Shown: one piece after another, positions 27,101 through 39,900 of the stretch
How positions within the stretch are numbered: position 1 is the stretch's first letter
Layout of the letters: each line of letters starts with the position of its first letter
DNA from: Tubiluchus corallicola
Lineage: Eukaryota; Animalia; Priapulida
Assembly (NCBI GenBank): GCA_030141605.1
Contig: JAQGDQ010000088.1
Span: 186,001-250,000 of the forward strand
Length of the DNA stretch: 64,000 bases
Direction: 5' to 3'
Made by a program: the position numbers and the translations under genes
The notes under the pieces: generated by a model
The model's database searches: none
What the model was told of the DNA's origin: nothing
The model's input: the letters and a program-made list of their open reading frames with translations, nothing else

Positions 27101-29196
27101 ATTCTTCTCAGGACATTGTTACGCACTTCCACAAATCAGTGCAGGGAGCAGAATAGCTGCATTCTTCTCAGCAAGCAGAAGGATTACTACAACACAAGTT
27201 AATAATGGATATCAAGACTGGGTGGAACAGCCAATATTTGATGCTCAAGGGAGTTGATGAACAAAAAGAAGCACTCTTCCATTATGCTTCATCATATGAC
27301 ATCAACTTACTAAGCCAAAATTGATGAAATCTGGCTGCTACTGTAATCTTGATCCTTAAGCCATTTTACAATATAACCACACAACAAGTCATTGCATGGT
27401 TGGTTTGAATATGGTTATTCCAAGGATTCGTGGTTTGAAAGAAATGTTGGAAAGCAGTGCTGTCACCACAAAAACTGTGTTACTTAAAAAATTAGCGGTG
27501 TGTTTGGAAGCGGAGCTGTGGAAGAAAAGCTACATTTGATGATAGCGACCATACTTGATCAAAGATTTAAGTGTACTCTTTTTTGACTAATGGGGCAGAA
27601 GTTGTGGCTAAGGATTATTTAGTAGAAGAATTGACAAACATGTCAAGTATAATAGAGACAAATTCAACAGCAGGAGCAAGTTTTTGTAGTAGCGACAGCA
27701 TTGCTAACGGAGACTCGTAGTCTCCAATTGAAAATACATCTGTAGGTGTTGAGAGGTTGAAGACGTCACCAGGTTATGAAAAACAATATTTTGTTAATGT
27801 ACGAAAGGCTTGCATAAACATGGTGGATTTATCTTCGAGAGCCAACAGTCAGCTGTAGTGTTGAGACTGATGCTGACTCGGGTATAGCAAAATGCAGTAC
27901 TGATCAGCCTGACGTCTACATGGAATATTGGTCTTCTAAGCATTCCATCTGGCTTGAACTTTGCAAAATTGCAATGCAACATGGAACCGTACCATGTTCA
28001 GACATGGAATTGGAACGAGTGTTTAGCGCAGCAGGCGGTATAGACATGGAATGATCGGCCATGCTATCGAACCGAATTCTGGATAAAAATGTGAAATTAA
28101 AGTGGAATACCGAACCGAAACTAAACCGAATATTCTTGTAACACTAATGAAAATCCAAGCATTCCAACTAAATGGAATTATAAACTTTGCAGTATTTAAA
28201 TTGTTTTAAGTTACTGGTGATTGCGTGTAAAATTGTTCTGATCACTAAATGAATTTTAATGGTTATTCTTGTAGGTAATTTAGCCCTAATTATTTCAAAA
28301 GAAGTTAAAACTACTTCGTGCAATCAATAAAAATACTGTTGAAGCAAATGTTTTAGTTCAAGTTTTGTGTTTACTTATCTTCTGTAAATCGATGCATAAT
28401 GCAAAATCATGTAGACAAATCAAAATATAAATTCAAATTCTGATACTTATCTTTTATAAAATAATGCAAAGTGCACAATTACATAAGCATAGACAAAATG
28501 TAAATTCAAATTCTGATTATATGCTTAAAAAACTGCTCAACTAATAACAGTTCTTCAAAATTTAACACTTAAAGAGACTAAGTATTTTCTGCTTTTTAGC
28601 TAACAACTCTTCACCAAAACTGAGCTGAACATTGAACCTGAGAAATCACTGCACAGTGCCGATTCTAGTCAAAATTTCATGCTCAGCTAAAAGCAGTTCT
28701 TCAAAATTTAATTATTATTGAATTTGAGGAATGTCAATTTATCTACGTAACCTCTTATAATATGTATTACTATTCATTTTCATGTGCTCCTGCATCAACA
28801 TCGTATCTAAAATAAATGAAATGATTTATACGTATAGATTTTGCAAATCTAGCCTGCAAGGTATCTGAGTCTAAAGATGCTTTTAGCCCTACTGTGTTCA
28901 TTGCTTTAATAATTCCAGAAAGCACTCCACCTGATATTGGTTATTATGCGTGTGAATTTTGTCACTGTAAGATTCAACATGAATAATTAAGTTTTTAAGG
29001 GCAAAGCTCAGTTGTAATAAGATATAATATTGGCCTTTACCATAAAACAGTTGTGTTTTTTCTTCTATTCATACTTTACTTTTTGTTGTATTTTCTTTAG
29101 CCTGAATTCTATCAAGTGTGCCACACTAAAAAAGATTATGAAGAATATGGACCAAGTATTTGTCGTCATAACCCGGTGTTTGGAACTATGACATAA
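12186..29196 (+). CDS. ACTR3: Actin-related protein 3 (Arp2/3 complex subunit), complete, 418 aa, 11 exons
   Basis: Exons 12186-12229, 16463-16643, 17677-17787, 18267-18362, 19081-19188, 19630-19773, 20464-20637, 22838-22930, 23031-23156, 23796-23879, 29101-29196 (sum 1257 nt, all GT-AG, in phase). Translation: [33 protein letters not shown]...[25 protein letters not shown]...[13 protein letters not shown]...[13 protein letters not shown]|[31 protein letters not shown]. Confidence 0.98.
12725..12732. promoter_or_regulatory. Perfect CRE palindrome TGACGTCA with nearby TACGTCA half-sites in proximal Arp3 intron 1
   Basis: Motif seen at 12725-12732, with TACGTCA at ~12605 and ~12716; function not shown. 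Confidence 0.3.
13380..14580 (-). mobile_element. Decayed, internally deleted CR1-type LINE (endonuclease and RT fragments)
   Basis: [12 protein letters not shown] and [12 protein letters not shown] in ORF 13786..14259; APE-like TLDLVFSN and SDH motifs near 14410-14490. Confidence 0.8.
16675..17600. mobile_element. Non-autonomous DNA transposon (hAT-like termini) filling most of Arp3 intron 2
   Basis: Starts CAGTGGC at 16675 and ends GCCACTG at 17600; subterminal ccgccccgggca / ccaccccgggca near both ends; TTCAA directly on both flanks. Confidence 0.65.
18630..18682. repeat. Short tandem duplication (~26-27 bp x2)
   Basis: tttgttaacttatcagtagatggaa occurs twice in tandem. Confidence 0.85.
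24204..28146 (+). mobile_element. Full-length but dead hAT (Ac/ZBED1-ZBED4-like) DNA transposon in Arp3 intron 10
   Basis: TIRs tagggttgcaccgaatattcgg (24204) and ccgaatattcttgtaacacta (ends 28146). Fragmented transposase: BED-finger remnant VWEFF...TSSLMTH (~24680-24800), [28 protein letters not shown] (TRWNS equivalent, ~27190-27245), C-terminal [10 protein letters not shown] (~28010-28040). Many stops and frameshifts; no TSD recognisable. Confidence 0.9.
25489..27171. repeat. 60-bp minisatellite, ~28 near-identical tandem copies
   Basis: Unit cagtacattgttacgcacttccacaaatcagtgcagagagcagaatagctgcattcttct; 1683 bp / 60 = 28 copies, with 0-2 substitutions per copy. Confidence 0.99.
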
Positions 29197-32100
29197 AGGT
29201 CTGCCATGTCAGAAATGTACACAGCTTTCACAAATGAATTTATAGAAACTGAGAATTTGTGGTCTAGGTGTAAAGTTGTGCATGCAACTTTATATTGTTT
29301 AATATCATTGGTATGATTGATCTATTTTTGTAAGAAGTATAATGCATTTTTACCCCACTATTCGCTAATTTGAATTTGAGGATCACGCTATTCTTTAAAA
29401 GACAACTACAAAAAACCATTTATTATTATTTGTTATGATTGTCGCCACATTATGTGTACAATGTCTTAAGGACTATTCCCGCTGGTACTAATAATTCATA
29501 ATGATGACAATGTACATGGTCTCCAAGGATGTAGACAGTAATGTAAACTATGATGAACACCAATGTTTCATTAAATTTTTATTTTACAATAGATTTTGAA
29601 ATGTGTTATGCTCAGAATTATTATTTATGTGAGAGAATACTATTCAATTCATTTATATCCAGCATTTTGTAATAGCATGCCACACTTTGTTGACAGAGGA
29701 GTTCATTTATGATGAGTTTGATTACACCTGGTGCCCATGCTTCATGAAGTCTAAAATCTCTCCCCTCGGATAATCGGTTATGCCTGTATGAGTAGTGCAG
29801 TTGTTCGTTTATGTTCATTTTACTTTATAAGAACAACTGAACTATTCTTCTATAACAATGTACTACGTACCTACGACTAACCAAATGGACTGGCTCAAGC
29901 CTCTGAAACTAATGATTAACAAACTTTATCTACTGCTTGCAAACAATTTACAAACACTTTCAAATTTTGGGTAGATCTGCAAGGGACTTAAGAAGGCTTG
30001 ATTATGTGGTAGAGTATTGGTCTTATATATATCGAGAACAAGATCAATGAATTTTAAGGTGCAACTCAAATAACTGTCATTGAAGTTTTGTATCGTCTAC
30101 AGACTGTCGCATATGTAGAGTTTTGTTAGAATACATGTCAATTCATGCGACTAATTTTCAAAATTTTAAACCTAAAAGTTTTAAATCTTTTATATACGTA
30201 TCTTTTGAAAAATTCATTTGAGTTTTCGTAATTATATTTTCAGTCTAATAGACTGAGATTTAGCAGTACAGAAATCACCAGCTTAGCAATAATAATGCAG
30301 TGCTTCATGAGTAGCCTAATAGTAATTTTCTGAGCTAGTGGTAAATGTTGGTATCATGTCTCTTGCACATTATTTAAACTGCTAAGAATTTTCTTCTCTG
30401 TTAGTTTCAGCCTTTCAAACAAGTATGAGTGCTGTAAATTCATTTTGCAGAATTTTCAAGATGTTTACTTCAAAATTTGCTAAGCTAACACCTAATAGCA
30501 TCAATACCATATAATGTAAATGTTATTTTTGTATTTTTGGCACTTGATTGAAGCGGGTGCTATTTTCATAATTAATTTGTTATGATCCATTTATTGTATT
30601 CTATCACTGAAACACAATGATCATAAAAATGTGTTTCTTATGACATTTATTATACATATATACATAGAGACTCGCAAAAAATAATGGTGTAAAATCTGAA
30701 TGACTGAGACGGGGAAAGTGAATTTGATAATAATGTCGTTGTGCTGTAGTTTATTATGATATTCAGTTTCATTTAAAATCAAAATGCCTCCAACTTTTTG
30801 GGAAATGGAAAGCACTAAATTAGATGTGGATGCTCATTTGTCTACATGTGTAATATAATTAATAAAAAGATTCGACACGAGTATGACTTCCATATTTTTC
30901 ACTTGGTAACTGAATTGTCAATCTGTACAATATTTTATTGGTGCAAAGTGAATTTGCGCTGTACAAATACATAATTATATATTTAATCATAGGCATGATA
31001 CCGCTATGCATAACAAGTTATTCAAAATGAAGCACGACCTTGGAGAACAAATCAGGCGTTGACAATAACATTTTGACTTTAAGCGCTGCCCTGGACAGTG
31101 TGAAAGTGATTAGCACTAAACCAGATTTTGACTTTACATGTGTTTAAAACTGTGGAAAACTATTAGAAGGGCATTGAAGGCAGCGGAATGTGTATGCTAG
31201 AACGGGCAAATGCAGCCCATTTTAAACCTTAATTTTTTTTGTTTTTCAAAATCCTAGCCAGAGTATTAACACTGCTCTAGCTTTCTTGTTAGCTGTCCTA
31301 ATTTTAACAGAGACACAGGTTTTTGTTCCTGCTGACAAATGTTAAAGTGCCTTGACCAACAAAGATGGTATTTCATGATGATAGGCTCGCTTCCTCTGCT
31401 TTTTGCTTTTTTGAGGATGCAGATGTTGATAATAAATTAATTTCATTTGATGTTCAGGATAGATTGAAGTTTCTGTTGCTAGAGACGTTTGAGCTTTTTG
31501 ATATCGTGTTGTTTGAGGGGTTGTGGGTGGTAGAAATATTGTTGACCAATAGTTAATGACAAATTTTAAGGGGCTGGGTTGTGATCATCGTACTGAATCC
31601 TGGGATATTTGTACAAAACCATAGAGGTGCCTGAAAAAGAGTATGAAGAGTATTGCAGCAAGATACAAAAAAGAATACAGTAGGTGTGAGAACACATGTA
31701 ATGAGCTCTTTAGAAAGCTTGCTTTGATGAAAACATTGTTACATCTCATCATGGAGTGCTTGAAGCAGCGAAATGAAGTGATATCGCTGAAGCACCATCT
31801 GCATGGTGGCTCTCAGAATACCATCGAAATGGAATTTTTTTCCTAATAGTAAGGCTTCCATGATGTGCACATAATAATTATACTGCCGATGTGCCCAAAC
31901 TAAAGCTTCCAGTTTCACATTAATCCTATCATCGATCCTTATCCGTTCGGCTTTTGACTTCAGTACTAGTTGACTGGTAGCTAGTAGTAGAAAAGTGACG
32001 ACCTGGAGAAGCCACTGCAGGAAAAAATGCCAATGGCTTTTATTTGTTTGGTTAGTTGCTAGGATGTTCAAGGACTCATGCACTATGATTCACCGTCCTT

Positions 32101-32279
32101 TGCTACCCGTGCAGACTACCGATGCAGCATCAGCAGCAAAATTACAGAGGACTGCCGCTGAGTTGGTTGATGTAGGATGTAGTAGCGATTAATGACAGCA
32201 GTCTGCAAAACATCAATCTCCACGTCCACGATGATTATACACATCAAAGAAATAGCCCAATCTTACCTTTCAAAGTCAC

Positions 32280-32740
32280 AGCGACCCAGAGTTGAACTTG
32301 GTTATGGTCCCTTCTCAAACACGTTTTAAAACTATTAACAGATGGTGTTTGAACGGTTGCCATTGGTAATTTGTTCCAAGGATCGATCACACAGCAGGAA
32401 AGTTGGTTTATGAAAAAGGAACAAATAGTTTGGAGGGGTGTCCACGGAGGGGTCTAGGTGTAAAAAAGTCATCTTCCTGGAGGATGGATGCTCCATTGAT
32501 TATCTCATAACAGTTGGTGAGGTCAATGGTCTCTCTCCGTTGTTCCAGAGTTGATATCGTAGAAAGGTCAGCGTCTTCAATTAGCATTGGTTTTGTGTTT
32601 TTTCCAGAGATGCTTTCAGAGTGGAATACTGCGGTGACCAGGTTACTGAAGCATATTCAAGAATTGGGTGCACAACAATTTTGAAAAGTGGGATGAATAA
32701 CGAGGCTTTCATGGATGTAATGCACCGTTTGATCATGCCT
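32280..32740 (-). mobile_element. CR1-type LINE 3' fragment
   Basis: - strand reads LFKIVVHPILEYASVTWSPQ (~32630-32690); shares ttgaacttggttatgg and atttgttccaa with ~13067-13110. Confidence 0.65.
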
Positions 32741-32899
32741 ATGCATGCAGTACTATAAAATTCAATACTATGAAATTATATCATAATTAATGTTATGAAA
32801 ATCAATTCGTTGGTAAACCATGATTACCATCTCGCACATGAAAACTTGGTCGTGCGATTGCGTTTGCAATACTCGACTCTCTCCACCTATCAGAGGCAC

Positions 32900-33720
32900 G
32901 TACCTTTATAGGGTTCAAAGTCTATTTTTCTATAACGCTGATCTTTTAGTTGTCTTTTCCCACTTTAATGTCTTTATCCTGCATTCCATGCATTCGTTCA
33001 CTAGATTTCTGATTTCTAGCAATCCTTCTTGTTCACTATTCATTAATATATCTGAGTTCAAAATTTTTTCCATTCTCCATATCTGCCACATTTAAGCATA
33101 TGTTTGGTAGTATCATCATCTTCCCCACATATTGGGCATAATAACTGATCCTTAAACTCATTCTTATAGTTTCCTTTAAGGCTTTAACTTTAATCATGTT
33201 CAGTCTTATTTTCAATATATCTTTAACCTCTTCTGGCTTGAATGTGTCTATGTAATTTTGTTGTTTCCACTCGGCATGTTTTAAAAAATCTTAATTTAGT
33301 GCTGCTCCTGCATTTTTCTGCACATTCATTCTTTATAAAACATTCAATTTTATTTTTTATTTCTTTTTTCCATTCAAACTTTTCCTCTTTCTTTATTAGC
33401 ATATATGGTATATTTTTTGCAGCCTCAACTACTTCATTATACCATGACCTTTCATGTGCACTGTTTATTTGCATTTCGAGTACGTCTGATGCTAATCTCT
33501 TTGGTTTACTAATCAGTAAATTCCGATAGAACATCAGTCTCCTATAATTCACTATGTTTTAGAGGCCATATGCCTATTCAATTACTAATCCCCAGTAAGG
33601 TGTTGATTCGCTAGCATTAAATAAGGTTTTTAAAGCATTTGCGTGAATAATTTCTAATTTCTCCCAATCAGTTGTTGTCAAATTTGACCATGTTTCAGAA
33701 CTATTTAGCACTGCACTCAC
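32900..33720 (-). mobile_element. Non-LTR retrotransposon ORF2 3' fragment with C-terminal zinc knuckle
   Basis: - strand reads SETWSNLT...LEIIHANALKTLF...STPYWGL, then KIRLNMIKVK and CPICGEDDDTTKHMLKC (CCHC); same type as the 60440-61900 fragment. Confidence 0.75.
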
Positions 33721-33907
33721 TGAAAGAAGCAAAAAATACGGAGAGGTACCGAGAAAAGTATAACCATAGATGAGTATACTCGATTGAGCGATGCGCCTGG
33801 TAAGTGTGGAATTGTCGAAATGGCGGTTGTTTTGTAGTATTGAAAGTTTGGTTTTTCTTTTATAAATTTAAACTATCAGCAAAGCGTTTCATTAGCACGC
33901 GAAGAAA

Positions 33908-36900
33908 ATGAATGGAGATCATAAAATAACAAGCAGTGTTGTAACTGACACCTTGCACGACAAGCCAGATATAAAGTTAGTAAAACTCACCTTAGTTAAC
34001 TTCGGCTTCAACTTCAGGCAATAATGAATAAGTTATATATCTGCACTCTGTTGTCCTCCATGTATGGATAGCTGATGTATTGACGTTAAAAGCTCCATGT
34101 ATTGACGTTTTTATATTATACGTTCTTCTGTTCAGCAATTTATTTATTTTCTTTTTGCTAACACAACACATAGAACCAAATTGATTTAACAAAAAGTATG
34201 TACATGTGTATATGTATGCGCATGAGCAGATGGTTTATGCTTTCACAGGGAAATGATGCCTTATTCCAGTTGAACAGATTGCTATTGATTCGATGAGTTC
34301 TAGGTTTTAATAGTGTACGTTGGGACTTTGTCAAAAAAGAAGTTGACATAAATGATGTCTGCTAGTTAGTTACTACAAGTTTCGTGGAATTCTGTCTAGT
34401 ATGAATCCATATTGTATGCTTATCAAATTGCATTCACTTGGATACTACAAAACTATGTCTTTGATATATTGCAAGAATGAATTATTTTATAATTGCAGAT
34501 TTGCATTTGTAGAAAGCACTTTTACTGCCATTTTGTAGTATTTTTGGAAAGTGCATTGCCGTTTCTCAAAATAAATGTTTTACTTATAATTATTAAATTT
34601 GCTAATGTATTTATTGGTTTCCCTCTTTAGGCAAAATTTAAGACAGCACCACATTGTCTAAATTTTAGCCCAGTGGTGATGGTCCTGTTTGATAGGCAGA
34701 TTGTTATGCGGCTCTCATAATCTACAACCCTGTATCTAATGAAGTTTTACTGCCTAGTTTTTCTGTAGCTTAGATTTTGAAACTCTGTTGCAAGATATAA
34801 AACATTGAATATCTAGGCTGAGATGGAGTTTCTTTAATAAGTGATTTTTGGATAAGTACTCATAAATCACCACAAAACTTACACAAATAAGACGATTATT
34901 TTTGTAATTGGCAGAATGATTTAAAAGTCAGATTGCCAGTGTCTGAAACACCACTTCTGATAGTTTAGAACAGAGCTGTAACTAAAAACTAAAAGTGTGT
35001 TCTGAACATGAAAATCAATGATTGGGAGTTTCTAATTATTTTAATTTCATTTTTTATTTTGTTAGTTTATTTTCCAAATTACCGTGTGGTGATGATGATG
35101 AAGATGAAGTCTTTTTTGGGCCTATCTGTAGCAAAGAACAGCAAAAAGCCAAACGACTAAATAAGCGCAAAACACAACTGTTTGTGAAAGGTTTTCGTAA
35201 TGCCAGGCGAAGTTTAGCAGAATGCCTGGATTACAATAATGATAATTACGATGATGCTGGAAACTTCTGTGACTCTTGTGAACACAAAGACTTGACACCA
35301 AAAGAAGAAGAAGAATGTATTGGTATTAATGACTCTTTTGAAATTTATAAAGAGTCAGCTAAATGTCTAAACACTGCAGCTAATGCTGAATATGGTTCAG
35401 CTGAAAGGAACGATAAATCAAATGATTTGAATACCGCCATTCTGGCAGATACACCAGTGTCTGAATTACCTGATAACGAGTCAACATCTGAAGCTTTTAG
35501 CAAACTGAAGACTGAATACTTAGATAGCAGTTCACAATGGGAAACTATTTTAGAATGTTCTGCTTCTGATTTTTCCGATGTTCGTTTAATGCCGTCTTTA
35601 AATTATGGCCGTTGTGAGCAGCAACCGACAGTTAAAAACTCCCAGCTAGCTACTGCACTTACTAATACCACTGCATCATTTGTTGTCCATGAAAAGATAT
35701 TTCAACATCTAACTGCATCTGCGCAAGTTCTTGGACAGGTTCCTTCATCTCCTGGTACCTTGGGCAATCTTAAAGCCAGAACAAAAGATGAGCCTTCGTC
35801 GGGGCCGTTTGCTGAATCACTTGATAAACTAGAATTTTCACAAAATTCTCATGAAATCAAAGTCAAAACTGCATCAGTCTCAGATAATGTTGAAGTTTGT
35901 GAAGTAGCTGTTCCAGTAGCATCTGGAAACACAAAATGTACTAATATTACTGAGTGTTCAAATGTTCAAGGAAAACATTTGCTGCATCATACAGATGTTG
36001 TAGATCCACATTCACAGGAAAGTGATCTTCCTACATATAATCTGATAAAAAACAGGTCGACGAGGGTAGAGAATGAGTTTCCATTAAGTCTGCCAACAGA
36101 AATTGAAAGCATGCCCTCAAACTCACCAGAAAGTAATGACCTTAGCCCTGAAATCTTTCAAAGCTCAACGCAAAGTGAGAAGCTCGAGAATACAATAAAT
36201 AATATTGATGAACAATTGTGTACAATAGCTGCTTCACTAGAAAAGTCTGCTGCCAAGACTGATAATCTGCTCAATGTTTTAGGGAGCAGTTTTAAATTTC
36301 CGCCGAAATGTTCTCCACTCAACAATTTCAAAATCTTTAGTAGTCCATATAGTCCGGCAAAGAAGTTTTTCCCTTGTGTGTATCACCCGACAGTATTGAA
36401 ACATTCGGCACACACTGAAAACGCTGCTTACGATGAATCTTCATTTCCTGAACGTGGGTATAATGCACCTACCTTTGAATTGCTTGCTGAAATAGTGCCA
36501 CATTGTCTCGTGAACAACTGCAATGATTCCTGTAATTGCGAGGCTAAAGATTTGTACATAAATACAGAAAAAATGTCAGAATTTGTGAAAAATGACAAAT
36601 ACAGGGATTTCACTAATAAAGAGCAAGAATCGGATATTGTTACTGTTAATGCTTCTGATGTATTTGATGTGTCAGATCTTGATAGCAGTGATGCACTTAA
36701 TAGTAAAGAAACTAATAAATGTGAATTTCAGTCTGAGAACTATAATGTTCCCCCTGAACTTATCCCATCGATGCAGAGCTTAAGCATTTCTGATAATGAG
36801 ATTTGCACAATGGATTCATTATCAAATGTTGATGAAACTGGTATGACAAGTGCTCGTGCAACAGGTGACTACGAAAATAATCTTGACACTGAATCAGATT

Positions 36901-39900
36901 GGAGCAATTTAAACTTAAATTTTAACTTGCCCGTAAAGCCATCAAATTCTGAGGTGCATGACTCTCCGGTGATGTCAACAAATTTCGGCTGTCGTACTGG
37001 TGAATTTCCAGAGCACCTTTCTCTTTTGACCAGATCAGTCACAAAAGAAAATCTGAAGCCTTCGGCAAAAAAGGTAGTTATAAACAAATTTAAAATTTCT
37101 AATTTATGCTTATAAAGTGAGATTGTTTGATGTATTTTGTAGATTGATATTTGTTCGTGTATAGCCGAATGGTCTCAATGCACAACCGAGGTTAAGTGAT
37201 GCAGAACATATCAGTAAATGAGTGGGTGACAGCCTGGAAAACTTTTTCTAGTGAGTTTTATCTGTCATACCTCTGATTATTCACCTTGTTGAGGGACTTC
37301 AGGTGTATAAGAGTCCGAATGTGGCCAAGGCACCTGTTCTGGTTCATTGTCTTAGACATGCTACCTGTTTCATAATAAGACACAGAAAAATGTTCCTATT
37401 GCACACTCGAGTCTTGAATTCTAGCATGCAGAGTGCCAAGCTATATAAAAATTTCAGGTTAATGTTATGAATATGTACAGTTGTTATGTAATGTTATAAA
37501 ATAATTATTGTGCTCAATCTGTGCTTTGTGTCGTTACTGTCGTATTGCTTATAATAATTTTTACTTTTGATTCCAGGAGTTTTTGTTGAACTTTAAGATT
37601 CGCTATAAATATGGGTAATCTTTTGATGAACTTTATTTCAGCCACTGTCATCTGTGAGAAGGATGGAACTGGAAAAGAAGAAAGAAGAACTGGCTAAATT
37701 GAAAGAAAAAAGAGAGAAACTTGAAAAAACAGTTTCAAAAAAATGCAAGGTATCTGTTTAAAGTGCACTTATCTATCACATGCTCTAAGCCGGTGGTTCC
37801 CAAACTTTCTCGGACCGTTACCCAAATCGGGAAACCCGGTCGTGTCCATTACCCCCCACCTAGTACTACTTCTCCAACTCAAAAAGCAAACACACGTATA
37901 TGCCACAAGCAAGCAAAATTATTTATGTTTGCTCGTGACATAAATAAATTTCCAGGTGTTGTTGTTGTATTGTTGCCAAAACAAGAATTACAATTACTGA
38001 ACCTGCTCATTACTGAGTGAGCAGGTTCGTTCGAGTAATTATTACTCGAACAAACGAAAACAAGAAGAAATGAATGACAACAACAAAATCTCAGTTAGTG
38101 GGACGGATGAGCCTGTTTTTCGGACGCCAGTTTCTCAAACCTGGGTTTCGTCAGGCTCAAAGCAACGCGTGCCACGTCCAACCTATTTCTTTTCTTTGTT
38201 TTCATGTTCATTATGGACGAAAAACCTTGTTCACACAGATACGTTGTTGAAAAACACGTGAGAATATTCAATGCCCGTTCTGCAAGGACTGGTGAACTGG
38301 CCATCTCTCCTATCCAGAACTCTTCCAGGTTCTGCTGCTGGAATTTCATTTTGTTTTCCTCGTTGAGCCTCAGTTCAATCCACTCTTCTTTAGCTGGGAA
38401 ATCGTCGTCTTCAATTTGACCATCCTCCGCCAAAAAGGGCTGTACGCACCACTGTAAGGATCTTGTTTCCAGGTCCGGGAATTACCGTTCCAAGTTTTGG
38501 ACGAGCTCGTTGAGGTGTTCAACTATTTCCAGCTTTACATGTTCCAGCAGTTCTTCACCTTGCTCGTTAGTTTCGATGAATTGATCCAAATGAGGGACCC
38601 CATGACACAGTGTTGCCTGCCGGAGGCAGTCTCTTCAAGAAGAAAACTACGTAAAATGCATTCCGAGCGAAGTTTTAAAAATTTTCGGGTGCCCGTTACC
38701 CCCCCAAAAAAACCATATTACCCCCGGGGGGTAATTTACCCCTACTTTGGGAACCACTGCTCTAAGCAAATAACTTGTGCCCTGCATAATATTAATGAAT
38801 GAAGGAGCACAGCAATTTTTTGGAGCAATTTCTAGAATTGCCAGTTAAGCAGCCTAATAGCCCTGGGACAATTGTGCATGATATGTAAGAATCATTCACT
38901 TCATGTTAATTTTTGTCACCCAGTGGTTTTGAAGTATTATGGGTCTAGTTGCTACAACGTTAAGGCATTTTTCAAGCCAGATTCAAGATTATTTTAAGGT
39001 CATGTAATATAAAATGCCGATTATATGTGAAACACTTGGAGTCGAAGATTCAGATTCAATGCTGTGTTGGAATTAAATGAATTTATGATTTGAATTACAT
39101 TAAATTATGGAAACTGTAAAAATGTGAGATTTGCATTTGATTTGGTTATGGAAATGACGAAATTTAGGTTTTGTCCCACATCTAATTTGAGTGAGACAGC
39201 ACCAAATGAATGAATTTAAATCACTCATTTTGCATTTTTATGCATCACTGATTTATGCATTTTTGCGATGTATATTGAATGTAATATTGTATATTAACAA
39301 TGTATATTGAATGTACATTGAATGTATATTGAATGTGGTGTGGTTAAATTTTAAATGACCTTGAACTTTGTTTGAGAAACTGTCACCCGGCCACTTTTTT
39401 CTGAAACCCCAGACCCCTGAGAGAAACCATATTGAAACCACTGAGAGACAAAAGTTAACTTGCCTTGTTTGATTCTTAACAATTGCCCTTGTACTATAAA
39501 TGATGATTGTTACCTGCACATTGTCTTAAGGAATTTCATCATTCTTGAATATGTAAAACTTTGTAAGGTATGTGAAAACTTGCATAACTTTTAACCAATA
39601 AATACAAAGTCTTATTTGAATTTGACATTAAATCTTGCTGACATTAAAACTTTTATGTCACATTTACATCCACGCTCTTAAAATTTGTCTACCATCACAC
39701 ATGAGGTTGTGACACTTTCAGCTATACAATATTTCTTAGAGTACAGTTGAAGTTGACATCAATAGGAATAAATATGATGACAATCGAATAAGATATTATT
39801 TTATGCAAGATGTGCCAATTTATTTTTTCAGATGCTTCAGAAGTCGCCAGTGAAAAAGGAAGGTTTATTTTTAAGTAAAGATTCTCCTCGGCGGTTTATG

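Noticed and set aside
25489-27171. CRISPR-like array
   Set aside because: Units are contiguous with no unique spacers, there are no cas genes, and the context is a eukaryotic intron.
25496-27202. 568-aa ORF of Cys-containing 20-aa repeats
   Set aside because: Starts at TTG with no ATG, lies in a different frame from the parent transposase, and stays open only because a stop-free 60-bp unit is repeated; no evidence for a protein.
31050-32250. Possible extra gene between Arp3 and the orphan gene
   Set aside because: Short ORFs with no recognisable motif or coherent splice chain; adjacent to LINE debris and probably TE-derived.
35022-37115. Single-exon 697-aa gene as given by the ORF track
   Set aside because: Begins at TTG in a polypyrimidine tract; the acceptor at 35065 and donor at 37074 show it is an internal exon.
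37750-37760. GTATCT donor as a second U12 intron
   Set aside because: Lacks the CC at +5/+6 and no U12 branch point is seen near 39831.
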